The position numbers were made by a program, and so were the translations under genes. This document shows, piece by piece, positions 41,454 to 55,981 of a stretch of DNA of 60,537 bases. Source of the DNA: Macrostomum lignano (Eukaryota); the NCBI GenBank assembly GCA_002269645.1, contig NIVC01004107.1:1-60537 (forward strand), read 5' to 3'. Each line of letters begins with the position of its first letter. Position 1 is the first letter of the stretch. Below the pieces are notes generated by a model. That model was not told the origin of the DNA. It saw only the letters and a program-made list of their open reading frames with translations, and made no database searches.

Positions 41454-42782
41454 TCGGGATCTTGGGATCGGGATCTTGGGATCGGGATCTTGGGATCGGG
41501 ATCTTGGGATCGGGATCTTGGGATCGGGATCTTGGGATCGGGATCTTGGGATCGGGATCTTGGGATCGGGATCTTGGGATCGGGATCTTGGGATCGGGAT
41601 CTTGGGATCGGAATCTTGGGATCGGGATCTTGGGATCGGGATCTTGGGATCGGGATCTTGGATCGGGATCTTGGGATCGGGATCTTGGGATCGGGATCTT
41701 GGGATCGGGATCTTGGGATCGGGATCTTGGGATCGGGATCTTGGGATCGGGATCTTGGGATCGGGATCTTGGGATCGGGATCTTGGGATCGGGATCTTGG
41801 GATCGGGATCTTGGGATCGGGATCTTGGGATCGGGATCTTGGGATCGGGATCTTGGGATCGGGATCTTGGGATCGGGATCTTGGGATCGGGATCTTGGGA
41901 TCGGGATCTTGGGATCGGGATCTTGGGATCGGGATCTTGGGATCGGGATCTTGGGATCGGGATCTTGGGATCGGGATCTTGGGATCGGGATCTTGGGATC
42001 GGGATCTTGGGATCGGGATCTTGGGATCGGGATCTTGGGATCGGGATCTTGGGATCGGGATCTTGGGATCGGGATCTTGGGATCGGGATCTTGGGATCGG
42101 GATCTTGGGATCGGGATCTTGGGATCGGGATCTTGGGATCGGGATCTTGGGATCGGGATCTTGGGATCGGGATCTTGGGATCGGGATCTTGGGATCGGGA
42201 TCTTGGGATCGGGATCTTGGGATCGGGATCTTGGGATCGGGATCTTGGGATCGGGATCTTGGGATCGGGATCTTGGGATCGGGATCTTGGGATCGGGATC
42301 TTGGGATCGGGATCTTGGGATCGGGATCTTGGGATCGGGATCTTGGGATCGGGATCTTGGGATCGGGATCTTGGGATCGGGATCTTGGGATCGGGATCTT
42401 GGGATCGGGATCTTGGGATCGGGATCTTGGGATCGGGATCTTGGGATCGGGATCTTGGGATCGGGATCTTGGGATCGGGATCTTGGGATCGGGATCTTGG
42501 GATCGGGATCTTGGGATCGGGATCTTGGGATCGGGATCTTGGGATCGGGATCTTGGGATCGGGATCTTGGGATCGGGATCTTGGGATCGGGATCTTGGGA
42601 TCGGGATCTTGGGATCGGGATCTTGGGATCGGGATCTTGGGATCGGGATCTTGGGATCGGGATCTTGGGATCGGGATCTTGGGATCGGGATCTTGGGATC
42701 GGGATCTTGGGATCGGGATCTTGGGATCGGGATCTTGGGATCGGGATCTTGGGATCGGGATCTTGGGATCGGGATCTTGGGA
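41454..42782. repeat. Near-perfect 14 bp minisatellite (GGGATCGGGATCTT)
   Basis: About 95 copies with only two variant units seen. Confidence 0.97.
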
Positions 42783-43142
42783 CCTTTGGATATTGAGATC
42801 TAGGGATCGAGATTTTTAGTTCGGGACTTTCCGGACTGTAAATATATTAATTTACGAATCCTACGATAAGATCTTGAATCTGTGCTGAATTGGGGGTTTT
42901 CTATTAGCATGTGCTTATCAACTGTTTTGTTTTTTTGCAACTAGTGTCATCAAAGTGCAGATTTAGGCCTGCACTTTGATCCTCCTGCCGCTAGGATATA
43001 TTCTGAAGGAAATGTTTTCCTCTCAGCATGCAAATATTCATGCAGGATTATGACGCCAGAAGCAATAAAGACCCTTGCAACTGACATGATTCTGGTTCTC
43101 TGATTTTGCGAACCAAATCACGAATATTATAAACTGTGTCCG

Positions 43143-44005
<863 letters not shown>

Positions 44006-44482
44006 GTGGTGTCTATCAGTCTGTCTTACAAATGTTTTAAGGTTTACAGATCCTTGTCTGTGAAGTACAAAGGACCCGATGGACGGAAAGAAGTAAGGTT
44101 TATTTCTCTTCTTTACACTCTGATCTTCACTCTCCCGCGGCCGGAAGCCATGCACTGGATTCTTAAACTTGCACTTGAAATAAAAAATTTACTGACCGCT
44201 CCTGTACCACATACTTTAAGTAGTGCAGTTTGCATATGCAATGTAAGCTCGTAATGAAAAACGAAAGTTCAAATTGTCAAGACTAACTGGATGCACCGAG
44301 TGAGTTCTGATGCTGGGTAGGGACATCGAATTTTAAGCAGACGAAACGAAGCCCGCCACATTGATTTGCTAATAAGCTCTCCGTCGTTTGAGAAGGTATA
44401 GAGAACGATGTAGAGAGTGCGATCGATTTTATGCTGTGTATCTCAGTGGGAATGCAAATTGAGCAGACAGATAGAAATATAC

Positions 44483-45800
<1,318 letters not shown>

Positions 45801-47877
45801 ACAGGCCACTGGAATTCGATCCCTGAACGGCCCTGGCTTTTCCAATTTCCCCACTCGAACCACTGATTTCTTTTCATCCCTCGGGGTGCCAGAAACTGCA
45901 GGCGAAGAGTTCTGTTCCAAGCAAGAAGCTACTCAAAGTCGCAAATCTATATTCTCACTGCTCAGCAGGGAGACGCCAAACTTTTATCAACGCTGGCCGA
46001 GCAGCAGCTGGAGGGTGGCGGTGGCGGACAGCCTGCCAATTTCCTTATTTTCGCCACGGGTTCTTTGGCGAGCAGCTCGGGCAGAAAAAAAATGAAGCCA
46101 GCGGCTCGATAGGGAGGAAGGAACAGCGAGAACCAAGTGGGAAAACTTGGCTTGGTAGAAATCTTCTCAACCTGCCGAAATAGGCCCGAAAACCCTTTGG
46201 CCGGCTGTGAAAATCTTTGAGTAGAATAAAAAAAATTGGGAAACTTAGCGAGGCCGCCTTGATGGAGATTGGGAAGAGGCACTGGAGGGAGAAGCAAACC
46301 AATCTCTTCTTCGCATCCTTGAGCTTCTCAACCTCGCCGCTTTCCCTGTCCATTTGGAAGGAGAGAGTGAGAGAGAGAGAGAGAGAGTGTTCCTGTTCGG
46401 TCGCTTTAATCCAAAAGAGGTCTTGAAGCTGAGCGTCTCAAATAACTCCCTAACAAGGAGCGAGAGATGACAACGTAGGAGAGCATTGGACGCGCGAGGC
46501 AAATAGTTGAAAAGTTGAGTTAAATCCAGATTTGACAGCGAATTTGAGCGCAGCCTAATAGCGTCCTTGGCAACTGGCACAGCTGGGGTGGATGGGCGCA
46601 GTTATGACGAAGCTTCAGGGAAGGCGAGCCTCAGGAATTAAAGGAGGAGAGAGGGAGAGAAGGGGGAGGAGGAGAGAAACTGGCAGATTAACGATTATCA
46701 TGTGTGCAAGAGGGCGTGTGAGATCCGACGGGGAGAGAGAGAGGGGGGCAAAGTCATCGATTAGCTAAGATTGTAGTTCTTTGCCTTGGGGTGTGTGTGT
46801 GAGTATGTGTGTGTGCCTGGGTGCTTACCATTGATTTTCTCGCGAGCTGAGAAGTGAGAAAGTTTTGAGTTGGTGTCGCAGCGCTCGCTCGATAAGGAGT
46901 GCTCACAGTTAGTTGGGTGTTAAAGTTCTCGGGCTAATGACCTGCCAGACGGGGTAGCTTAGCGATAGAGGCGGACAGAAATCCCAGCTAATGAGCGAGA
47001 GAGGCTAAAAGGAAGCGTGGAAGTGCGCTCTAAGAATTTCAGTTAGATTGCTGCAAGATGCTGCTTGTTTATAGTTGCCTCATAGAATCCTGCCTGACTA
47101 GCAATCCATTTCGTACGGTGCTCAAAAAATGTTTGATTTTTTCCTGGTTTTCAACTCACTTCTCGCCCATCTCTGCTTCATCTCTCGTCTCACCCAATTT
47201 TTATTCGTGGCCTTTTTTGCTAAAAAAGAAATCTTTTTTCTCGCTCTTTGTCGCCGCGAAATCGCTAGGGGTCCCTTCAGAGAGAGAGAGAGGGCTCCAA
47301 TGAGTATGTAGTCAGTGAGGAGTGCAGAGCGCTTTACTTTTGTCAACTGCTCTTCGGCAGCAAGTCATGCAGGCAGGCACGCTAAAGAAGAGGACAAGAC
47401 GGGGCCGGGCGGGGGTGGCTGAACTGTCACTTTCCCTTCGCAGTCCACGTGCAGGTATATATCTAGCATCGCAACCTTTCTTCTCTCTTCTTCTTTCCGC
47501 TATTTTTTAGTGAATCCCCGGAGAGAGGGGCAGAGGCAGCCAGGGATATTGGCAGTGGCTAAAAGGGGGAGGGAGTCGTTTTGCTTCCTCGATTCCTCAC
47601 TGTGGTGTCCCTTCTTTCCCCTCTTTCCTCTACTCTTCTCTCTCTCTCTCTCTCTCTCTCTCGTATAGTGTTCTCAGCTAGCTACTGAGCCAGCTAATGT
47701 TGAGCAGGGTCTGGTGGGCTTAAGGATCTGGTTTTGCCAAGCGGACACCCCCACGGGTGAAGGAAGAGACGGGGGAGATTTTAGAGTGCTCGCTGAGATG
47801 GCGAGGAATACTAGATTTATCATCTGGAGTGGAGTAGTTTCTGTTATAAACATTCAAAAGTTGATTCTTTATTTATT

Positions 47878-49054
<1,177 letters not shown>

Positions 49055-49649
49055 AAACGACTTGTAAAACAGGGTAGAAAGTTTCCAATCTAGACATTCT
49101 GAATCTAGAAGTCCTTGACTGCGCCCTCTACCCCTCTAAGCGTGAAGGGTGGACAGTACGGGGCTGGGTTGAAGCTCCTGCAGACGCAGCGGCGCTTACC
49201 CAATGACCTGATTCTCCCACCACTGGCAGCTTTTCTCTCCTCTTCCTGCCACCCCAACCCCCCCAACTCTGTCTCTGCCCCCATTTTCCCCGCACGCGTT
49301 GCGTGCCAACTTGTCAAGTACAATATTTCTGTTCCTCTCTGCCCCATAGGAGGCTGGCAAAAGAGATCTCAAATGCGAGTGTCCATCTCTTGGTTCAGAC
49401 GGTTCAGAGACAACAATTTTATTTTTCCTGCCTGGCTTGTTCTTCTACACTCCACAACTGTATTGTCCTGGACGCATAGCAAATGCTTCCATCTAGAATT
49501 GACGTTTCGACAAAATTCTAAACAGAAGTTTAAACTTTGATTCGCGTCAACACATGACGTTGGCTGTTAGTTCACGCTGCGTCATCACCCAGACCAGAGC
49601 TGGTTTTGGTTGACTCCTATCAGCGAAGCATTGGTTATAAAATTTTGAG

Positions 49650-49746
49650 ATGAATCAAATTGTAATGCTGCGCACTGCACTCCAGCTGTTGATTGTGCAG
49701 TTCTTGAGCTGCTTAGTTCGACCGACCTATCAAGTTCGTGAATCAG
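49650..49746 (+). CDS. nAChRbeta1: nAChR exon 1 (signal peptide)
   Basis: [23 protein letters not shown]..., phase-1 donor GTGAGA. Confidence 0.75.
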
Positions 49747-52700
49747 GTGAGAAATATTTTCAGGCTCGTGACTTGTCCTTGTCCTTTGACCCCCCAGTTT
49801 GAATTGTCCCTGATCTTTGACAAAGCAACAAAAAACTTAAACAAATTTCCAGGCATTGGCAGTGACGACGAGATCAAACTGGTGAACCTGCTGTTCAAGC
49901 ACAAGGGCTACAACAGGCTCATTAGGCCCGTGTCAAACCTTAATCAGACTGTGCAAGTTGGCTTTGGATTAGCAATGATTCAATTAATCAATGTTGTAAG
50001 TCATCTTGTGCTTACCTGAGTGGATATTGGTAGTTTCCTATCTGATTATATCAATTGATTCTCTGATACTGTAGTTAAAATTTACTCAAAACTATTCCAA
50101 TTTTCAGGAAGAAAAAAGTCAAGTAATGAAAAGCAACGTTTGGTTAAGAATGGTGAGTTTATTTTGATTGCGTATGTTCTGCTGTGTCTTTTCTGCTGTG
50201 TCTGTTCTGCTGTGTGTCTGTTCCTCTGTGTCCATTCTCCTTCATCTTCACTGCCGCTCGTTCCAGAACGGTCTGCGGCTTTGGCAGTTATATCCAATTG
50301 TTTCTGGCAGAAGTGCAAGCAAGCATATTCCCCTTAATTGCCTGTGCATTGCAGTGTTCTGGAGCAGACTTTTCTCCTTTTTCTCCCTTCCTTGCCTTGC
50401 CCTGCGTCATTATTCTTCTCTTGTTCTATACTCCTCTGTAATGAATGCTAGCTACCAAGTTTTCTTCAACTTCTAATCTTGCTGGCTTGCTTGCTTTGAC
50501 AAAAAGCAGAAAATTTTCAGACATCCTGTCTTCTTGTGTCTCTCTGTCCCCAGCACAGTCGGCTCTCTCTCGGCACCTACTCATTAAACTTTCTCAGTCT
50601 TCTGTCTATCAATCTACATGTATTTTCTATAGCCCTTTCTCTTTCCGTTCCTCTAGAAGCAGAAGCCAATCAAACAAAATGACTATCGCTAAAGAAAAAA
50701 GATTTTCCTTTATATTGCTGCAGCAATTATTGGTTCCGCTGAATTCACTGACTAATTCTTCTCCGTATAGGGTAGAGTTAGACAGAAAAGGGCAGAGAGT
50801 GACGAAGCAACCGAGGGAAAAGAAGAGAGGACACACAGAAACCAACAATCCGATTTGAAGAGTCAAGCAAGCAAGGTCTGGATGGGTCTTAGGGGAAGCG
50901 AGGAAAGATGCTTTCTGAAAGGATGAAGAAGACACAGCAGCGCGAACCAAACGAACTGGCTTTATTGACTGCAGTTCTGGGCCGTCCATTGCCACCGCCC
51001 ACTTGCCGCTTTGACCTTGCGTGCGAGGACAGACTTTTTAAGCTTCTTTCTTAAGCCTTTCTTTCTTGCTGGGCCGAAACTTTCTTTTAGAAAAAAAAAC
51101 GCTAAGAGAAGAGAAAAATTCGTTAGCTACTGTATGCAATGTGGGTTCACTTGTTATAACTTAACCCACCGTATAAGGAAACAAGTTTATTAGTTTCTTC
51201 TAATTTTGTTCATTTACGCAAAAGGGATAGTAGCCTTAGTGGTTAGAGCGTCAAATTCATGACTGAAAGGTCAGGGGTTCGATTCTGGACTCACCTGAGT
51301 GCCAGTATTAGCTGGGGTAATTGATCAAGGGTGTGTGTCTCGGACTGCACAGCCGTACGCAGCCTTCAGATGCGCCGCGCAATAGCTGCGGCTGAGCTGT
51401 CGGTTGCCCATCTGGCCGACAATAGCAAGATTATCATAGCAAGATTAGTCCATATCTAACGAGCTATCATCAACGATTACGCTGCTCTCCAACAGACATG
51501 GTCAGACTATCAGCTACGCTGGGATCCCAGCGACTTCGGCGGAATCCAAGTCATCAGGGTGAATCCTAACAAGATATGGAAGCCGGATATTGTACTGTAC
51601 AATAAGTAAGTAGAAAGCCGCTTGATTTGGCGAAACACCTTTTTATTAAATCCAACACATATAGGCACGATTTTTGTTCAGAGTGTAAAATCTAGTGTAA
51701 AACAAGGAAGCACTCTAACTAGCATCCTTGCTCTTATAAATGGACGCCTAAAAAGATCGATCTGAGGCCTATTTTTAGAACTTCAAAATAGCAATCTTTG
51801 TTTGAACAGAAAGGCCATAGGCGTTCTCAATTCCAGTTTCAGCCACTAAGTAACACTTAATCCTTTGCAACGAGCTAGCTCACAAAATAGACAGACAGGT
51901 TGATCTACCATAAAAATCTATACTTGGCAGAAGACCCAGTTATTTCATTCCAACCGCAACACCTGCAGCGCCGACGGTCGCTACGAAGTGTCCTGGCAGC
52001 CAAATATTCTAATATTCAGCAGCGGAACGATATTATGGGTACCGCCTGCGATCTACAAAAGCTCCTGCACTATTCACGTCCAATATTTCCCGTTCGATCA
52101 GCAGGAATGCGAAATGAAATTCGGCAGTTGGACGTTCGATGCGACGCAGGTTGGCGCTTTGATATGATTTCTGATTGGGAAGTTTGAGTCGGGTACTTTG
52201 GCTATATTTATAATTTGGAGTCAGTCTAAAACCTGTCGGGTGGTTGACACCCACGAGGGCCAAGCCTCAAACCACAGAGTGAGTTACATCACTGGCTTGA
52301 AGATGAGAAGTCTGAGCCGCTGAACACCCGGTGTGCGAGAGCGTATTCAGGAGTCAACGGAATGGGCGGGCATGTCTGTTTGCCTTGCGACTCCTGAGCA
52401 CACGCAAGCGCGTGTCTTTCTGTGCACAGAAGCCCCAAAATGAATGTGGCTCAGAATCAAACCAGGAGTGTCGTGGGTCGAGATTCAGACGCGTCTTGCT
52501 GCTATTCCCCTTGCCTGAAGCCCTATACTAGGTTATCAAATAGAGAACATTTCAAAATATCAGATAAGCTTAAACTCGAGAGGCACATCAGAGGAACAAA
52601 AATGGTAGCAGTTAATGATAGCGCTTCCATTGTCAACCTTTATGTTGAGATTGAAGGCCAATGGATGGTGATCCAATACCGCATCGTGCACTCCAGGTCG

Positions 52701-55287
52701 TCCTTGACTGGTACGAGGGCGCCAGAGTTGCCGACTTGAACGACTACTGGAAGTCGGGCTCCTGGGACATCATCGACTGTCCGGGAAACATCACCCTCGT
52801 CGAGAAGCTCGGCCAGCCTCCCCAGACAATGATGATCTTCACCATCACCATTCGCCGGAAGACCCTATTTTACACAGTCAACCTCATCATTCCGTGCGTC
52901 CTGATCTCCTTCCTCAGCGTGTGCGTCTTTTACCTTCCGGCCGACGCAGGCGAGAAGATGACGCTCTGCATCTCAATTCTCCTGGCCTTGGTTGTCTTCC
53001 TGTTACTGGTTAGCAAAATCCTGCCGCCAACTTCGATCTCGATACCGTTGATATCTAAATTCCTGCTGTTCACTTTTATTATGAACATCATCACTATTGT
53101 GTTCACGGTGATCATTATCAATTGGAACTTTCGCACTCCTCGGACGCACAAGATGCCAAATTGGGTTCGGCTGCTGTTCCTCAAGTACCTCCCCGAGTGC
53201 TGTTCATGAAACGACCGGAGCACATCGACCGAGAGGAAATGGCGAAGCACCGGATGAGTCGCATGGCAGAGAAGTGCAACGGTGGAGGCGGAAATTCATC
53301 CAAGCCGCAGTTCGGTCGCTCAGCGAGGGGTCGTCGAGCCGGCGGTGGTGACACCGCAATGTCTGACGAGCAGTTCGAGATGCGCGATATTAACAGCATC
53401 GATGAGCCGTCGGACTTTGAGCAGCAGCAGCAGCAGCAGCATCAGCAGCATCCTGAGCAGCCACAAGCCTCAGGGTTTAGCAACCTGGAAGTGACGCCAG
53501 ATTTGAGGCGAGCAATCGCCGCCATAAATTTCATTTCGACGCATCTGAGAATCGAGGACGAGTACAAAAGGGTAAATTGGATGAATTCATCTAAGTCCTT
53601 TTTGACAAGTTGCATAACTCTCTAGGCTCTGGACACTGACTTATAGAGAGTCTTCTCTTTGGGAATTGAGACGCAACTCTAGGAATTGAGACACGACTCT
53701 AGGGGGATTGAGACACGACTCTAGGGGGATTGAGACACGACTCTAGGGGGATTGAGACACGACTCTAGGGGGATTGAGACACGACTCTAGGGGGATTGAG
53801 ACACGACTCTAGGGGGATTGAGACACGACTCTAGGGGGATTGAGACACGGCTTTAGGAGGATTGATGATACACGACTCTAGGGGGATTGAGACACGGCTT
53901 TAGGAGGATTGAGACACGGCTGTAGGAGGATTGAGACACGGCTTTAGGAGGATTGAGACACGGCTTTAGGAGGATTGAGACACGGCTTTAGGAGGATTGA
54001 GACACGGCTTTAGGAGGATTGAGACACGGCTTTAGGAGGATTGAGACACGGCTTTAGGAGGATTGAGACACGGCTTTAGGAGGATTGAGACACGGCTTTA
54101 GGAGGATTGAGACACGGCTTTAGGAGGATTGAGACACAACTCTAGGGGAATTGAGACGCGACTCTAGGAGGATTGAGACAGTGGGATTGAGACTTTTCTC
54201 AAGGGATATGACGATATTACAGTTCCTCCTACAATAATAATCTACCAGAAACAGTAAAATAGGACTAATGATGACGCCCGTATTTCATATCGAACAAATC
54301 AAATTATGCAGTCACTAAACAGGGCTCTGTGTATTCAGTAAATATTCGACTTGAGCGAAGCCAAATATTACTGTTACAGTCCACCCAGACCGACGGGGTA
54401 TAATATTGACCTTCCTCTTTGCAGTGTATGTGGGGAAATTCACTCATTTAAACACAGTTCATTTGATTCACGCTTCTTTCTGGGCCAATAAACTTCGACT
54501 AAAAGCCACATATACAGCGAATCTTTGCAGTGAGCAAGTTCACACGACTTGGCTACAAATCCAGTTCGCACTAGTATATTGCAACTATATGAAATGAGAC
54601 TAACATTTGCATTCGGGGGAGGAAGGAATTGTGTGCACATTTTTCCTCTGCGAAGGGAATCCTTGGCTTTCTCTCTTCCTTAGCCCCACACTTAGCTCTC
54701 TACTTAGCTGAACCTCCCGTATGCTCTGTTCGTTAACAATCGTTGCAATGGGTGACTCACAATCAAATTGAATCATGAGTCAGGCCATATGCGACATATG
54801 TATTTCAATAGATTTTTTTTCTAAGCACAGCAGTACAATTGAGAATCAGGTACAGCCTAAACTCGTCACATTTAAATATCGACTTTTTCCGCTTCTAAAA
54901 GTGCAAGCGCACTTTGAAAATCTTTAAGAGACTGCGTGTGATTCAGGGCCAGAATTCTCCTTATAAAAGTGGTTATTCTTACGCCAAGGATAACTAAGTT
55001 GTTATAATGTTAAAGTACCCATTTGCTTGCGACGTTTATCAACGTCGAAGACAACGTCAAAGACAAAAAAGACAAATTTTAAACATTGCTTCTCCCGCAA
55101 CAAAAAACCGCCCCTACAGGTGCTTCAAGACTGGAAATACGTAGCCTCAGTAATTGACAGAATTCAGCTTGTTATATTCTCATCCGTGACCATTGTCGGC
55201 ACCGTGGCAATCCTGATGAATGCACCGTTCATACTCGACTTTGTTGATCAGGACGCCATCATAAAACGGCTGACTGACAAGTCTTAA
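49650..55287 (+). CDS. nAChRbeta1: Nicotinic acetylcholine receptor non-alpha (beta1-like) subunit; exons 49650-49746, 49853-49995, 50108-50152, 51496-51605, 51969-52149, 52697-53571, 55120-55287; 1-nt frameshift at ~53191-53195
   Basis: Signal peptide, [16 protein letters not shown] (45-nt exon), [11 protein letters not shown] (110-nt exon), Cys-loop [34 protein letters not shown] and TM4 exon [11 protein letters not shown]. No vicinal Cys-Cys in loop C (non-alpha); AGEK before TM2 (cation-type). Summed exons are 1619 nt, one short of 540 codons. Confidence 0.92.
49853..49995 (+). CDS. nAChRbeta1: nAChR exon 2
   Basis: [12 protein letters not shown]...YNRLIRPV...[10 protein letters not shown]. 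Confidence 0.92.
50108..50152 (+). CDS. nAChRbeta1: nAChR exon 3
   Basis: [15 protein letters not shown], 45 nt. Confidence 0.92.
51224..51420 (+). mobile_element. tRNA-derived SINE, second copy lacking the central domain
   Basis: A/B boxes (TAGTGGTTAGAGC, GGTTCGATTCT). The 3' body CAGCCGTACGCAGCCTTCAGATG...GCGCAATAGCTGCGGCTGAGCTGTCGGTTGC is shared with 26410-26707. Confidence 0.82.
51496..51605 (+). CDS. nAChRbeta1: nAChR exon 4
   Basis: [17 protein letters not shown]...WKPDIVLYN. Confidence 0.92.
51969..52149 (+). CDS. nAChRbeta1: nAChR exon 5 (Cys-loop)
   Basis: ADGRYEV...[11 protein letters not shown]...[16 protein letters not shown]. Confidence 0.93.
52697..53571 (+). CDS. nAChRbeta1: nAChR exon 6 (loop C, TM1-TM3, cytoplasmic loop; contains the frameshift)
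   Basis: ORFs 52661-53209 and 53122-53625 join at [11 protein letters not shown]; donor GTAAAT. Confidence 0.9.
53671..54190. repeat. Minisatellite, 22 bp unit (GAGACACGACTCTAGGGGGATT / GAGACACGGCTTTAGGAGGATT)
   Basis: About 23 copies in nAChR intron 6. Confidence 0.95.
55120..55287 (+). CDS. nAChRbeta1: nAChR exon 7 (TM4, stop)
   Basis: [20 protein letters not shown]...TAA. Confidence 0.93.
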   Translation: MLQDWKYVASVIDRIQLVIFSSVTIVGTVAILMNAPFILDFVDQDAIIKRLTDKS

Positions 55288-55629
55288 GCCAGGGTGAAAA
55301 AGATAATCAACGTTGTGTCCTGACTGGCAAACTTTCAAGGTAAGAATTGCATCGACAACTACAGTGAAACAACTATCGTGAGAATTTTAATGGATTCAGA
55401 TTTTTGCAGCAAAATTCACTGCCTAGAAAGGAGGTTCTCAGTTTTTTAAGCATCGAATTGAGACATGCCTGAAGATTAGACAGTCACGGTCGTTGTAACA
55501 CCCTGTGTGAGCGTGTGTATGAGTGTCTGAGCATGTGCTCAGGATGTGTGACGATGTCGCCGAAGACATAGTGCCAGGTGGTCTATGAGAATTTCCTGCA
55601 GGAAGGTTTTCCAGTCGGATTTGAAATCG

Positions 55630-55981
55630 CTAGTCTAGTCTAATCTAATCTAGTCTAGTTCTAATCTAGTCTAGTTCTAATTCTAATCGAGTCTAGTCTA
55701 GTTCTAATCTAGTCTAGTCTAGTTCTAATCTAATCTAGTCTAGTTCAGGGACTACTCAAACACCGGGACGGGAAACTAGGAATTTTTTACGAGGCTGGTC
55801 TTTTATCAGCAGTAGAAAATAACCATAGACAACAAAGTAACACAGCATCTCTCTAATGCAAATAATTGCCAGCCAGCCTCGTAAAAAATTTTAGTTTCCC
55901 GTCCCGGTGTTTGAGTAGTCCCTGGTCTAGTTTTAATCTAGTCTAGTCTAATTCTAGTCTAGTCCAGTCTAGTCTAGTCTA
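55630..55981. repeat. (TCTAG/TCTAA)n simple repeat interrupted by the MITE
   Basis: Seen directly on both sides of 55746-55924. Confidence 0.85.
55746..55924. mobile_element. hAT-type MITE (179 bp)
   Basis: About 53-bp near-perfect TIRs beginning CAGGGACTACTCAAAC; perfect 8-bp TSD GTCTAGTT at 55738-55745 and 55925-55932. Confidence 0.92.

Noticed and set aside
45886-47510. Short ORFs between the GATA array and the nAChR gene
   Set aside because: Mostly non-ATG starts with overlapping GA/CT-rich sequence and no homology recognised; more likely UTR or regulatory DNA.
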